Below, in pieces: positions 1-11,294 of a stretch of 64,000 nt of DNA. A program made the translations under genes and the position numbers. The notes below the pieces were generated by a model that saw only the letters and a list, made by a program, of their open reading frames with translations, had not been told where the DNA came from and ran no database searches. This stretch comes from an uncultured Pseudomonadota bacterium (lineage in GTDB: Bacteria; Oederibacteriota; Muellerivitia; Muellerivitales; Muellerivitaceae): positions 1-64,000 of the forward strand of contig CAWIIP010000004.1 of NCBI GenBank assembly GCA_963836235.1. The letters run 5' to 3'. Each line of letters begins with the position of its first letter. Within the stretch, counting starts at the first letter, position 1.

Positions 1-5
1 TTTGA

Positions 6-1049
6 ATGGGCACGATGAATAAAGTTCTCCTGATCCGTCCCCGATTTCTGGGGGATTTGATCTTGACCACCGGTTTGGCCGAGGTGTTCCACCAGGAAAA
101 TCCGAAGGCCGAAGTCTGGGTATTGACGGAAAAGGCCTATGCGGACACGCTTCAAAATCATCCCAAGTTAGCCGGTGTGCTGGCTTTTGATTTTGCCCGG
201 AAGAATAATCTCTTTTATCTTTTGTCTTTTTATAGCGACCTTCGAAAACACAAATTCGACGTTGTTTTGGATTTATTCTGCAACCTTCGAACTGCCCTTT
301 TCTCTTTCTTCAGCGGGGCTTCCGTGAGAGTGGGCTTTGAAATGCGGGGGAGGTCTTGGGCCTATAACGTGATCGCGCCGCCTTCTTCCGAAACCTTGCC
401 CTCGGGCCGAAGGCCAGTGGTGGAGGCTTTCTTGGACCAAGCGCGGGCTTTGGGTTTAAAGCCCCTGTTTCCGTACGAAACTTCCTTGGGCGTGACAGAG
501 GATGAAAAAACTTATGTTCGAAAATTATTCGAGCGGGCCGGCATTAAGCCGGGCCAAAAAGTGGTGGCGATGACCCCAGGGGCCTCTTGGCCCGCCAAGC
601 ACTGGCCCTTGGAGAGGTTCATCGAGCTGGGCTTTTGGCTGAAGCGTTCGGGTATTCGCCCCCTCTATCTCTTTGGACCCAAGGAAGCGGATTTGGTCCA
701 AGAGTTTGAAACGCATATGGACAAGGACTGGCTTCTTATCAACCAGCCGAATATCCGGGGGCTTCTGGCTTTCATTGACGGCGCGGACGCTTTGGTAGCC
801 AATGATTCGGGGCCGATGCATGTGGGTCCGGCGGTGGGGACCCCGACTTTGGGCCTCTTTGGACCTGGAGAGCCCGAAATTTGGTTTCCCTATGGCAAAC
901 CCCACGAGTTGGCTTACGCTGAAGTCGGTTGCAGCCATTGCGGGTTGGACGACTGTTCCTTAATGGCTTGTATGGATCACTTGGAAGTAAAGGACATCGC
1001 CAAACGGGTTTTAGCCTTGGTAGGTCAAAATCCTTCCAAATCGGCCTGA
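6..1049 (+). CDS. Glycosyltransferase family 9 (LPS heptosyltransferase-like)
   Basis: N-terminal KVLLIRPRFLGDLIL, PGASWPAKHWP and NDSGPMH..PAVGTPTLGLFGP motifs typical of GT9. An alternative start is the ATG at 15. Confidence 0.9.
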   Translation: MGTMNKVLLIRPRFLGDLILTTGLAEVFHQENPKAEVWVLTEKAYADTLQNHPKLAGVLAFDFARKNNLFYLLSFYSDLRKHKFDVVLDLFCNLRTALFSFFSGASVRVGFEMRGRSWAYNVIAPPSSETLPSGRRPVVEAFLDQARALGLKPLFPYETSLGVTEDEKTYVRKLFERAGIKPGQKVVAMTPGASWPAKHWPLERFIELGFWLKRSGIRPLYLFGPKEADLVQEFETHMDKDWLLINQPNIRGLLAFIDGADALVANDSGPMHVGPAVGTPTLGLFGPGEPEIWFPYGKPHELAYAEVGCSHCGLDDCSLMACMDHLEVKDIAKRVLALVGQNPSKSA

Positions 1050-1185
1050 AATTTATCTGATTGAACCTTACCGCCTCCTTGAAACAGGCGGGTAAATCAT
1101 CACCGGCACTCGTAAGTCCGTTTCCCAAAGCGGCCAGTTCTCTTTATAATACGGCAACTTTATACCCCCAATTGAGGAGTCCACT

Positions 1186-2103
1186 GTGTTCGGCAAAGGA
1201 AAAATCTGGTTCGACGGGAAACTGGTTGATTGGAAAAAAGCCAACATTCACATTTTGTCGCACGCGGTTCATTACGGTTCGAGCGTTTTCGAGGGCGTGC
1301 GATGCTATGCCACTAAACAGGGCCCGGCTATTTTCCGCCTGGAAGCCCATATCGACCGCCTTTATGATTCCGCGAAAATCTACCGGATGGACATTCCTTA
1401 CACTAAAAAACAATTCATGGACGCGATCATCAAGACCGTGAAGGTCAATAAACTCAAGAGCTGTTATATCCGTCCCTTCTTTTTCAGGGGCTATGGCGCC
1501 ATGGGGCTTTATCCGCTCAAAAATCCTGTCCAGTGCGCGATCGCGGCTTGGTCTTGGGGGTCGTACCTCGGTGAGGAATCCCTGATCAAAGGAATCTCGG
1601 TTCGTATTTCCTCTTGGCAGAGGCCTGCGCCGAATACTTTCCCCACCTTAGCGAAGGCCGGGGGAAATTATTTGAATTCCCAATTGATGAAGATGGAAGC
1701 CGTTCAGGATGGGTTCGATGAGGGGATCGCCTTGGACCACTATGGTTATGTTTCGGAAGGTTCGGGCGAGAATGTTTTCATGGTGAAGAACGGTGTCATC
1801 TTCACGCCTCCGACTAGCTCGGCCATCTTGGCGGGCATCACCCGGCACTCTATTTTTGTGATGGCCCGGGAATTGGGCATCGAGATCCGCCAGCAGGTAT
1901 TGCCACGAGAAGGGCTGTATATCGCGGACGAGGTTTTCTTATCCGGCACCGCCGCCGAGATCGTGCCCGTTTCCAAGATCGACAACATCGTCATTGGAAC
2001 CGGAAAGAGGGGCCTGATCACCGAAAAAGTCCAAAAGACCTTTTTCGAAATCCTCAGGGGCGAGACACCAGACCGGTTTGACTGGTTGACCCCTGTTCGC
2101 TGA
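1186..2103 (+). CDS. ilvE: Branched-chain amino acid aminotransferase
   Basis: HYGSSVFEGVRCY, AKAGGNYLNS, EGSGENVF, ILAGITR and GTAAEIVP motifs; GTG start with GAGGAG SD. Confidence 0.95.
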   Translation: MFGKGKIWFDGKLVDWKKANIHILSHAVHYGSSVFEGVRCYATKQGPAIFRLEAHIDRLYDSAKIYRMDIPYTKKQFMDAIIKTVKVNKLKSCYIRPFFFRGYGAMGLYPLKNPVQCAIAAWSWGSYLGEESLIKGISVRISSWQRPAPNTFPTLAKAGGNYLNSQLMKMEAVQDGFDEGIALDHYGYVSEGSGENVFMVKNGVIFTPPTSSAILAGITRHSIFVMARELGIEIRQQVLPREGLYIADEVFLSGTAAEIVPVSKIDNIVIGTGKRGLITEKVQKTFFEILRGETPDRFDWLTPVR

Positions 2104-3194
2104 GGCTGGAACCCATCCATAACGGTGAACCCAAAAAAATCCTGGTCATTCGTCTCAGGGCTATCGGCGACATCATCATGGCCACGCCGGTATTGCGGGC
2201 CCTACGGAAAGCCTTTCCGGCCGCCGAAATTCATTTCTCCACCTACGCTTCCAATGAACCCCTCTTGCGGTATAACCCTTACCTGGACCACTTGGCCGTT
2301 TATCCGGAAATAACATCCTCCCTTACGGAAAAATTAAAGTTTTTATGGGGGGTGCGGCGGGAAAGATATGATTGGGTTTTCGACCTGGAAGCCACTCCCC
2401 GAAGCGCTTGGTTGGCCCTAGCTACTGGCGCCGCGGAAAGAGTCGGTTATGCCTTTCGCGTGCGCAAATGGGCTTTTACCCAGCGGGTGCCTAAAAATCA
2501 GGTTCGCCGATTTCAAAGCGATGTTTGTCTAAGCCTGATTCGCCATATGGGCGTGCCGGACGACGGGCTTAAAACAGAACTATTCCTGGGACCGGAGGAG
2601 AAGGCCTGGGCCAAGGACTATTTCAACCAGCCCGAACTGTCACAACAACGCTGGCGGATTGGACTTAACCCCACGGGCGCCTGGACTTCCAAACAATGGC
2701 CGGTGGAGCGCTGGCGCCAGTTGATTCTGCTGCTCCATGAAAACTTGGGGATCAAGCCGCTTCTTTTTTGGGGGCCGGGGTCGGAAAGCCTTGCTCACGA
2801 GATAACCCGGGGATTGGAAGACCGGGTTATTTTGAAGCCTGAGACAACACTTTTACAGGCCGCCGCTTTTGTTTCAGGATTGAATCTTTTAATTGGTTCG
2901 GATGGGACTCCCCAGCACATGGCCCAGGCATTGGGAACGCCTAGTCTCACCCTTTGGGGGCCCGGTTGGGGCATTGGTTGGACCCTTCCAGGCGATCCCC
3001 GTCACCGCTATTTACAGCATTTCCTGGATTGCGGCCCTTGTGACCACACTCTTTGCCCTTTTCCCGAACGACCAGTCGGTATTTCCGGTTTTTCTCCCTC
3101 AGGGTCGCCCCATTACCACCGTGAATGCATGGATCGTCTAACGCCTCAAATGGTCCTTGATCTTGCCCGACAAATGCTTCCACCCTCTGACTGA
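2100..3194 (+). CDS. Glycosyltransferase family 9 (second heptosyltransferase-like)
   Basis: The frame is open upstream of the ATG at 2178 and encodes the conserved KILVIRLRAIGDII motif; GSDGTPQHMAQALGTP is also present. Start uncertain (CTG at 2100 or 2106). Confidence 0.85.
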   Translation: MRLEPIHNGEPKKILVIRLRAIGDIIMATPVLRALRKAFPAAEIHFSTYASNEPLLRYNPYLDHLAVYPEITSSLTEKLKFLWGVRRERYDWVFDLEATPRSAWLALATGAAERVGYAFRVRKWAFTQRVPKNQVRRFQSDVCLSLIRHMGVPDDGLKTELFLGPEEKAWAKDYFNQPELSQQRWRIGLNPTGAWTSKQWPVERWRQLILLLHENLGIKPLLFWGPGSESLAHEITRGLEDRVILKPETTLLQAAAFVSGLNLLIGSDGTPQHMAQALGTPSLTLWGPGWGIGWTLPGDPRHRYLQHFLDCGPCDHTLCPFPERPVGISGFSPSGSPHYHRECMDRLTPQMVLDLARQMLPPSD

Positions 3195-3204
3195 TTTATC
3201 CAGG

Positions 3205-5253
3205 TTACAGCCTGCTTTTTGAACATATCCCTAAAGCCATCCATGCTCCGAGCACTCCTAAAGACATTAAGGTAAAGAATAGGCCGATTCTGAAGCTGGC
3301 AGGTTCATAGGATAGGCTCACTTCCTTATCCCCTTCATGAATAGCCACGCCTTGAAATAGGCCGTCAGCCAAATAAATGCCGACAGGTTTGCCATCCACC
3401 CAGGCTCTCCAGCCCGGCATGGCATTTTGAGTCACGACCAAATATCCGTTTCTTTTACCGGTTGGAATTGAAATCTTTTCGGCGCCGATAGGCGGTTGGG
3501 TAGCGAGGGATGACTTGGAAACAGGAAAGGGATCCATAAAAAGGTTTTGTAGAGGGTCCGCCTTGCCGCTGGCGAAGGCCGTAAAAATACTTTTTCGTTC
3601 GGCGAATTGGGGAGCGCCCTCAAAAAAGAAATGGGAACCAAAGGAAGTTGGGTTTTGCCAGAGGGTCCATTTTCCATCTGTTTCAATTTTGTTGAAATGA
3701 AGCGGTAACTTTTCTTGCGGCAAATAAAGAAGGTCGATGCCCAACAAGTCCAAAAGATTTTCGTTGTTTCCCGGAAAGACGTATTGGAAATAAAAACCGG
3801 CATCCAGCGCTCCCCAGGAAGGCTGGGTCGATCCATAAAAAGTGGCTAGGGGTAGGGAGGCGAAAAGATTTGAATTGGGGATGAAATGCTTGAAAAGAGG
3901 TTTGATTTCAGGGTCGGGCATAGGAGTATAGAGCGCCTGATGTTCCTCGAGGCTTGGCAAAACGAGGATACGGCCGGAACCCAAATGGTTCTTTATTTTC
4001 TTAGCCTCGGTTTCCAATTGTCCATTGGGAGGAACGAGATTGGCCTCGAGCGGATGAGTCCAAATGGGGTAAAGGAGATTTAAAAGGCAAAGGGCTAGTG
4101 TGGGCCATTTCCATTTTCCGGGATTGGGAAATAGGTCTTCCAGCAATAGTCCGAGCGCCAATAGTTCAAAGATATTCACGAGGACCCAGCACTTAGCCGG
4201 TTCCAGGAATCCGGGGAATGGGATATGGACAGCTTCGAGTGCCATCAGAAAAAACCCGAGCGACCATAAGATGGAAAGGACGAAACCAATAAGGAAGAAA
4301 CGTGAAGCGGATTTTAAACGACGATAATGAAGAATCCCCCAGGCCAAAACACATAAAGGAATGATCCCGGAGTAAAAATTGAAATAAAAAAATGTTGGCG
4401 AGGCAACGTAATCGGGTTTCCCGTTTAGTGCCAAAGCGCTGTAGTCGAAAAAAGTTTTTAGATTTTCCATTGGAAGGTAGAAATGAGGATTGTCATGAAC
4501 GGCGGGAAGGCGCACGCCATTGAGGAGAAAATATTCCACCGATGGCAGCCATTGCGCAGCGGATAGTAAAAGTCCAATCATCAGTGGTAAGGCTAGTCCC
4601 GTGATTGATCGCCCGCCTTTTAAAAAGAGGGAGTAGATAAGGCATGCGGTTAAAGTGTAGAAGATAATTTGGGGATAGCCCGCAAAAATTTGTAGTGCGA
4701 AGAATATAGTGAATCGAAGGCTGGCCCAAGGCTGATTTTCAAGACTTTGCTTGGTGGCTAGGAACAACCAGGGAATCCAGGCCATGGTATCCATGGAAGA
4801 ATTACTCCCCAAATGGTTAAAGGCGCAAGCATTTAAGAGCGCGACAGAGGCGCCGGAGAAAGCCCAGAAAGATTGGACGCCGGTTTTTTTTAAGAAGAAA
4901 AAAACACCGATTGAAAAAATAAGAAGGTGAAGAACGCCGGAAAGATTCCAAGCGGAAAGGCCTAACCAGGTAAAAAGAAGAGTTCCGGGATAAAAACTTT
5001 CAGTTTGCCAAGTAGCCAGCCAAGACATTCCGAAAGCCGACAGAGGATTCCATAAAGGGAGGCGCCCATTTCTTAAGGATGACAAAATGGACCAGCGGAT
5101 GGGCAGATTCCAAGTGTCGTTTTCGGGGCAAGCGGTGTGTAGATTGGGGTGCAACAGGAGATGACCATAGGCCAAAAAGATAAAGAATATCCATCCCCCC
5201 GCTAAAACGAACTTTTGAAGTGAAGAAATCGGGCTAAGAGTATTTTTGCGCAT
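3205..5253 (-). CDS. YfhO-family polytopic membrane protein (GT-C-like glycosyltransferase)
   Basis: LPLWNP..G near the N-terminus, many TM segments, and C-terminal PGWRAWVDGK...GLFQGVAI..G...VSLSYEP, typical of YfhO. Confidence 0.75.
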   Translation of the reverse strand: MRKNTLSPISSLQKFVLAGGWIFFIFLAYGHLLLHPNLHTACPENDTWNLPIRWSILSSLRNGRLPLWNPLSAFGMSWLATWQTESFYPGTLLFTWLGLSAWNLSGVLHLLIFSIGVFFFLKKTGVQSFWAFSGASVALLNACAFNHLGSNSSMDTMAWIPWLFLATKQSLENQPWASLRFTIFFALQIFAGYPQIIFYTLTACLIYSLFLKGGRSITGLALPLMIGLLLSAAQWLPSVEYFLLNGVRLPAVHDNPHFYLPMENLKTFFDYSALALNGKPDYVASPTFFYFNFYSGIIPLCVLAWGILHYRRLKSASRFFLIGFVLSILWSLGFFLMALEAVHIPFPGFLEPAKCWVLVNIFELLALGLLLEDLFPNPGKWKWPTLALCLLNLLYPIWTHPLEANLVPPNGQLETEAKKIKNHLGSGRILVLPSLEEHQALYTPMPDPEIKPLFKHFIPNSNLFASLPLATFYGSTQPSWGALDAGFYFQYVFPGNNENLLDLLGIDLLYLPQEKLPLHFNKIETDGKWTLWQNPTSFGSHFFFEGAPQFAERKSIFTAFASGKADPLQNLFMDPFPVSKSSLATQPPIGAEKISIPTGKRNGYLVVTQNAMPGWRAWVDGKPVGIYLADGLFQGVAIHEGDKEVSLSYEPASFRIGLFFTLMSLGVLGAWMALGICSKSRL

Positions 5254-5428
5254 TAATTCATTTTAGTAGTGGAAGGTCTGTTATTTTTCAAATCAAAGTA
5301 AGTTCCGTTAAAAATTACCCAATTTTCGTTTTAAAAGTTTTAAAACTGACATTTTCTTTAGTTAATCTTCTTAAAAATTGTTTTCCCCTTGGAAAATATC
5401 AAAATATATGAAGTTTTAACGTTAGATT

Positions 5429-5443
5429 TGGCAAGGAAAATGC
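5429..5443 (+). promoter_or_regulatory. Putative sigma-54 (-24/-12) promoter
   Basis: TGGCAAGGAAAATGC: GG and GC at the canonical spacing, in an AT-rich region upstream of 5506. Confidence 0.45.
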
Positions 5444-5505
5444 AGATTAGCGTACATTGAAAATGTAGTTTTTATCGATAAACAATAGTATCGAATGGTT
5501 AAACA

Positions 5506-8500
5506 ATGGATATTCTTCAAAACTTCTATGACCCCAAAATGATTTTGTCTTTCTTCAAAAGTTTTAGGTTAAGAGTTTCATTTTTAAGTCTTTTTCCCCT
5601 TTTTGTTTTAACGCCAGGCCTTGTTTGGGCCCAAAGTCCCACCGTTCAAATTATAGGTGAATCCACAACCAATCCTGTACCAGGGACCACTATGTACGTG
5701 ACGGTTACGGTATGTGACGCATTTACTTACAACAGTAATCCGGATACCCGTCCCAAACTAATGGTCGCCATTATTTCAGGATCGGGACAAACCACTCTCA
5801 ATCCAAGCTGCTCCACTGCGGGTCAATATTTGGTGGTCGATAGTAATATCTCGGGGAATATCGCGACGGGTCCAGGGATGTATGACCAGACCAGCGGAAC
5901 GCAAGGCGTCGGTGGACCGCCGGTCTATCCGAACATTAATGTGGTGGCAAACGCTTCTTGCGCGGCAAACGCTGTCACAGCTATTTGGCCAATCTACATT
6001 GATGGGAGTTTTTTAGCGGCTGGTAACTATAGTTTTGTCGTCGTCGCGGCTGAGGACTACATCACTTGTAGTACTAGTCCCTATTCATCGGCAAGTTTTA
6101 ATTTCACGGTTCCGTTCCCCCCGCCCAATATCACCCTTTCGAAAATCGCCGACGGAAGTACTGCCAACGCCAATGACTTGGTACTTTTCCGGATCGATTA
6201 TACTTACGTGAATACCGGGGCCGTGACGATTACTGACAACATTCCCGCCAATGTGACGCTTGTGAGCGGTGGGGGAGCCATTAGCCCTGGAGGAACTTTA
6301 AACGGTTCCACGGTTACATGGGTCTTGCCCGCTTCTTCCCCCACCGTCACCGGAACGGTTTGGTTTCTGACTCGCGTCAATAGTGGTGTTACCTCAGGAA
6401 CGGTCATTACCAATACGGCCTCGGCCGCCTCCGCCAGCGTGGGAACCGTCACCTCCAATCAGGCCCAAGTCGATATTGGTTCGGGTGGCTTTACCCTTTT
6501 GAAAAGTGAGTCTGCAACATCACTTGCCAGCGGCAATACGATAACTTATACCTTGAATTACGAAGTCAGCGGCATGAGTTTGCAGGTTTATGATTCTTAC
6601 GACAATGTCAGCAGTGGAGCCGCTGCCGCCCTTGGTTGTTCGAATGCTTGGGGATTCGACAGTACCGACTATTGTTATGCCAATGTGGGTGGGATGGGGG
6701 GCTTTACCATGGAAACGGATGCCTCAGGAAACCACTATCTTCAAGGATGCGCATATAGCAGCTGCAATTCCAGCGTGACTAATGGCAATTTCCCAACCTT
6801 GCTTCGAAGTGGTCCTCCAGTCAGCCTATGCAATAATTTTATGGTGGAAGGAGATATGGAAATTCCCGTCGGTTCAGCTACCGGGGGCGACGCCACCATG
6901 GTCATCGCGGATAATACTGCCGTGGGCGGGGTGGATGATGCCTATATGATCGGTATTTCCCTAGACTGTGGGCCAGGAAATTTTTTCATCCAAAAAAACA
7001 ACCAGAGTGGCGGCGGAACCGTCACATGGCCTGCAACTGAATGTGACGCCGCAATTGGGACCACGATTACGGCTGGCGTTTGGTACACGGTGAAAGTGTT
7101 GGCGACTTATTCGGCCGGGACGCTGACTTTTCAAGCGAAAGTCTGGCCCAGGGGTTCCGCCGAACCCACGACTTGGAGCATTAATTACGCTGATGCGGCT
7201 CCTTTGCCATGCACACCTAACTCTGGCGGAACATACCAAATAGGCTGGCAGGCGGATGGAACAGCCTCAACGGATTATTTTTCTAATCTGAAATTGTACA
7301 CTCCCGATCCCGTGGTGAACCCCCGCTTGTGGGACACAATCCCGACCGGTGAAACTTATGTCACATCAAATCCGGCTTATACAAACAAAACGGGGAACTT
7401 GCTCGAATGGGATCTTGGCGGCGCGCATCCTGTGACTACTTATGACTTGACGGGAGCCATTACTTGGTCCGCAACCGTATCCTGCGGAAATCCGGTGAAT
7501 GTCGCCGCTATTATGGGGGATGGACCGGCTTCCCAAGTGGTTTCCAACTCGGTTACCCTAGCTGTTTCCGGGTGTTCTACAAATACTCCAACCAATACAG
7601 CCACAAACACCCCTACGAAAACTCCAACTTTAACACCAACCAATACCCCGACTTTTACACCGACATTTACCCCCACCAATACCGATACGATGACGCCCAC
7701 TAGCACCATTACCAATACCCCTACTTCGACGCCTACTTTTACAAATACCAATACTCCGACCGACACCGCCACACCCACATCTACCAGTACTCCTACAAAT
7801 ACCAATACGATGACGCCCACCAGTACAGTTACCGATAGCCCTACCCTGACGCCTACTTTTACCATTACCAATACTCCAACCGACACTGCCACGCCCACAC
7901 CCACTAGTACGCCTACGAATACCGATACGATGACTCCCACCAGCACGGTTACCGATACCCCCACCCTAACGCCCACTTTTACTATTACCAACACTCCGAC
8001 TAACACTGCCACACCTACCCCTACCAATACGCCTACGAATACCGCGACAGTCACGCCAACTTTTACACCTACCAATACTCCAACCCAAACCCCGACTTCC
8101 ACCTCCACGAATACCGCCACTAATAGCCCTACCACCACACCCACATTTACCGCTACGACTACACCAACTCCTTTTGTGGCGGTTAATATCGGCAAGACCG
8201 TTTCGGACACCAGTCCTCTTGCAAATGAGACTTTGACTTATGGCATAAATGTCAGCATTCCAGATAGTCCGGCTTCGGGAGTGACTATTTCCGACACGAT
8301 TCCGGCGGAGCTTCAATATATCGGAGCGAGTCCCATTTCCAATCCCCCTGGTCCGGGAAGCTTCACGACATTCGGACTTCCAACACCTGGCCCCACGCCG
8401 GGAATGGGAACACTTTTAGTTTGGACTTTTCCTGGACCCATTCCGCAGGGAAATTACACCCTGAATTACACCGCCAGCGTCCCTAACTTTGTCCCCGCCG

Positions 8501-9492
8501 GAACGGTGTATTTAAACCAGGCTGCTTTAACTTATCCCCAAATAGCAACGCCCCAAATTGCTTCAGCCGCCTCCACGGTGGTGGGGAATTACACTGTTAA
8601 GATCAATATCTACAACGAAGCGGGTGAAGTTGTTAAGACAATACTCGTCCAACGTTATTCTCAGCCGGTTGTCAACGTAACCCTTGAAAAAAGCAATACC
8701 TTTCTATCCATCAACGACACCATTAGCATTCTTTACCAGGGAACTGTCATCGGGACTTGGAATGGTACCAACAACGGCGGGCAGGAAGTAACCAACGGGG
8801 ATTATTACATTAAAATCGACAACATCGATAATTTTGGGGTTGTTACTTCCGTGACGCAAATGGCCGTGGTGGCCCGCCATTTGGCCAACATTGACGTGAC
8901 CATTTATAACGGGGCGGGTGAAGCCATCCGCCACTTAGATCAGTTCACCTCAGATGCGGTTACGCTTGAAACCAACGTCAATCTTTCTAGAGGCCTTATT
9001 TCTCCCAGTTACCAGGGAGGGGTTAATTCCACTGTGACGATCAGCCTTTCCGATGGAACAAGTCTGGTGTGGGATGGGAAAAGTGATAACGGACAAATCG
9101 TAACCAATGGCAAGTATTTTATTATGGTGACTTCCAATGATGGCCAGGGTGGTGATTCGGCGGTAACCAAGGAAGTTACCGTTTTTCATAAGGGATTGAA
9201 TATCGCGCCAGGTGGGGTGGTTGTTTATCCTAATCCTGAAAGTGACCGGGTTGATGGAAGCCAGGTCAACTTCGCCACCAATTCCACGACTCCATTGACC
9301 TTGAAGGTGAACATTTACACGGTCGCTGGGGAACTAGTGCAACGAGTGGAGGGGCTACCTGGAACCGGCCAACTCACTTGGAATTTCTCCAGCCTAGGCT
9401 TGGCTAGCGGTCTTTACCTTGCGGATATCGAGATTTATGATCCGACCGGGGCCATGCAACGCCAGACTTCGAAGATTGTCATCGTCCGTTAA
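5506..9492 (+). CDS. Large secreted protein: DUF11-like domains, Thr/Pro linker, tandem FlgD-Ig-like domains and C-terminal sorting-like domain
   Basis: Signal peptide; DUF11-like segments ([23 protein letters not shown]); TPT repeats at about 7580-8170; [26 protein letters not shown]; terminal YPNP...IYTVAGELV...ASGLY...KIVIVR. Confidence 0.8.
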   Translation: MDILQNFYDPKMILSFFKSFRLRVSFLSLFPLFVLTPGLVWAQSPTVQIIGESTTNPVPGTTMYVTVTVCDAFTYNSNPDTRPKLMVAIISGSGQTTLNPSCSTAGQYLVVDSNISGNIATGPGMYDQTSGTQGVGGPPVYPNINVVANASCAANAVTAIWPIYIDGSFLAAGNYSFVVVAAEDYITCSTSPYSSASFNFTVPFPPPNITLSKIADGSTANANDLVLFRIDYTYVNTGAVTITDNIPANVTLVSGGGAISPGGTLNGSTVTWVLPASSPTVTGTVWFLTRVNSGVTSGTVITNTASAASASVGTVTSNQAQVDIGSGGFTLLKSESATSLASGNTITYTLNYEVSGMSLQVYDSYDNVSSGAAAALGCSNAWGFDSTDYCYANVGGMGGFTMETDASGNHYLQGCAYSSCNSSVTNGNFPTLLRSGPPVSLCNNFMVEGDMEIPVGSATGGDATMVIADNTAVGGVDDAYMIGISLDCGPGNFFIQKNNQSGGGTVTWPATECDAAIGTTITAGVWYTVKVLATYSAGTLTFQAKVWPRGSAEPTTWSINYADAAPLPCTPNSGGTYQIGWQADGTASTDYFSNLKLYTPDPVVNPRLWDTIPTGETYVTSNPAYTNKTGNLLEWDLGGAHPVTTYDLTGAITWSATVSCGNPVNVAAIMGDGPASQVVSNSVTLAVSGCSTNTPTNTATNTPTKTPTLTPTNTPTFTPTFTPTNTDTMTPTSTITNTPTSTPTFTNTNTPTDTATPTSTSTPTNTNTMTPTSTVTDSPTLTPTFTITNTPTDTATPTPTSTPTNTDTMTPTSTVTDTPTLTPTFTITNTPTNTATPTPTNTPTNTATVTPTFTPTNTPTQTPTSTSTNTATNSPTTTPTFTATTTPTPFVAVNIGKTVSDTSPLANETLTYGINVSIPDSPASGVTISDTIPAELQYIGASPISNPPGPGSFTTFGLPTPGPTPGMGTLLVWTFPGPIPQGNYTLNYTASVPNFVPAGTVYLNQAALTYPQIATPQIASAASTVVGNYTVKINIYNEAGEVVKTILVQRYSQPVVNVTLEKSNTFLSINDTISILYQGTVIGTWNGTNNGGQEVTNGDYYIKIDNIDNFGVVTSVTQMAVVARHLANIDVTIYNGAGEAIRHLDQFTSDAVTLETNVNLSRGLISPSYQGGVNSTVTISLSDGTSLVWDGKSDNGQIVTNGKYFIMVTSNDGQGGDSAVTKEVTVFHKGLNIAPGGVVVYPNPESDRVDGSQVNFATNSTTPLTLKVNIYTVAGELVQRVEGLPGTGQLTWNFSSLGLASGLYLADIEIYDPTGAMQRQTSKIVIVR

Positions 9493-9569
9493 TTGGGCGT
9501 CGTTACCTGCTTTCTTTAAAAGAATTAACGACAACATGGATTTAGCCTTATTAACAGAATCAAAACTTT

Positions 9570-9599
9570 AAAAAGGGGACCCATTCGGGTCCCTTTTTT
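9570..9599. terminator. Bidirectional rho-independent terminator
   Basis: AAAAAG-GGGACCC-ATTC-GGGTCCC-TTTTTT between convergent genes. Confidence 0.85.
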
Positions 9600-9616
9600 G
9601 TCTTAGGGGTAATATT

Positions 9617-10630
9617 TCACGCGTGAAATTCACCGCCCGATATGTCCGGCTCCATCCCCATATCCCGGATCATCTCGTGGTCGGCATTTTGCCCCTGGCC
9701 TGAAGTGGTCAAGTAGCCATTGGTGAAAATAGAATTGGCGACATAGAGTACCAAGGGCTGAAGGGACCGAAAAGTGACTTCTCTGCCGCCCGCCGCCCGA
9801 ACATCCACATCCGGATGAACAAAACGGAAAAGGCTTAAGACCCGAAGGGCATAATAAGGCTCGACACGAGGGCGATTCTCAAAAGGAGTTCCGGGGCGGG
9901 GGTCAAGAAAATTAACGGGTACAGAAGTGGCGCCGACTTCCCGTAGGGCGAAGCAAAGATCAACGACATCGTCTTCTTCTTCCCCCATTCCAATGATTCC
10001 GCCGGAACAAATCTGCATTCCCGCTTCCTTTGCATAACGGGTTGTTTGAACCCGGTCCCCATAGCTGTGAGTCGAAACGATTTTTTCATACAAGCGCTCG
10101 GATGTTTCTAAATTATGGTTAAAACGATCGACGCCGGCTTCGGCCAGCCTTTTCGCTTTTTCTGCAGTCAATAGTCCTAAAGAGGTACAAACTTTTACGC
10201 CAATTTCGGATTTGATACGGCGTGTTGCCTCGCAAATCACATCCAGATCGCGGTTACTTGGCCCTCGGGTGGCTGTTACCATGCAATATTTCCAAGCGCC
10301 AGCGGCCTTGGCTTTACGGGCGCCTTCCACCAATGTTTCCACTTCCATCATGGGGTATTGGGGAGAAGGTGTTTGATATTTTGAGGACTGGGAGCAAAAG
10401 CCGCAGTCCTCAGGGCAGGCCCCTGATTTGGCATTTTGCAAAACATGAATGCGAACCTTCTGGCCATGAAATGCCCTCCGAATCCGGTACGCGGCGTGAA
10501 CAATTGAAAGGGTTTCCGCTTGGGGCGCCCGAAGCACCTTGAGTGCTTCTTCTTTAGTGGGTGCTATTTTTTGAAGGGCTTTATCAGCCAAACTTTCCCA
10601 AAGGGAAGCATTTGAAATCATGGTCGTCAT
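9617..10630 (-). CDS. bioB: Biotin synthase
   Basis: Radical SAM motif [11 protein letters not shown], plus [24 protein letters not shown] and GYLTT. Start placed at the ATG after AAAAGG (the ORF track extends to 10699). Confidence 0.95.
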   Translation of the reverse strand: MTTMISNASLWESLADKALQKIAPTKEEALKVLRAPQAETLSIVHAAYRIRRAFHGQKVRIHVLQNAKSGACPEDCGFCSQSSKYQTPSPQYPMMEVETLVEGARKAKAAGAWKYCMVTATRGPSNRDLDVICEATRRIKSEIGVKVCTSLGLLTAEKAKRLAEAGVDRFNHNLETSERLYEKIVSTHSYGDRVQTTRYAKEAGMQICSGGIIGMGEEEDDVVDLCFALREVGATSVPVNFLDPRPGTPFENRPRVEPYYALRVLSLFRFVHPDVDVRAAGGREVTFRSLQPLVLYVANSIFTNGYLTTSGQGQNADHEMIRDMGMEPDISGGEFHA

Positions 10631-11294
10631 CCTTTTATCAATGTCGGGAAAAATCGCGGCTGAGTATAACACAGCGCTTGAGCATGAAAAATTAACCATT
10701 TTAAGTACTGAGCTTACTTACCTTGATTCAAGTTCAAATATTGAATTAAAAAACTTTTAGAAGCTGTTTGTAAATTATTTTGAAAAAGTTCTTCAGTTTA
10801 AAATTTGTGTTTGGGGTAGTGGTAAAGACTTAAGGAGAAGTTGCGCATAGGAATTAAACCAGTCCGTGAAGGAAGAAAATCAGATTTGAGATTGAGACCG
10901 AATATCATTAAATAGTGGCCCTTTCAATGCTTTCACAATATTTGCCATAATTAATTTGTCAAAATTCGATTTCTCCTTATTTTTCAATGTTTTTTGAGGT
11001 TAAAATTATCTGTATTCAAGGCTTCTAAATGGTAAAATTTTACCGGTGGGAAAGTTTTACTCAAAGGTGCCGTTAGGTTAAACGTAGAAGCAAATTTCTT
11101 GTATCGTTTTTTGCCTCCTTATTTTCTTCCGGATGACTGAAATCATCCAACAAATGACTGCTTTAACGATTCTCGAAACATTCCTAAGTCATTTTCCAAA
11201 ATTCGAAAAAGCTAAATTCCATTGAACGGGAAAATTGAAAGTTAAATTTTGAACTTTTTTAATTAAACGTGAAATCATTTTTGAAAGCTGTCGG

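Noticed and set aside
9570-9599. Fifth copy of the GGGGACCC palindrome family
   Set aside because: Lacks the TGTCCA arms; it is a standard A/T-flanked bidirectional terminator.
10700-11290. Riboswitch or BirA operator in the long bioB intergenic region
   Set aside because: No convincing match to known consensus motifs by eye.
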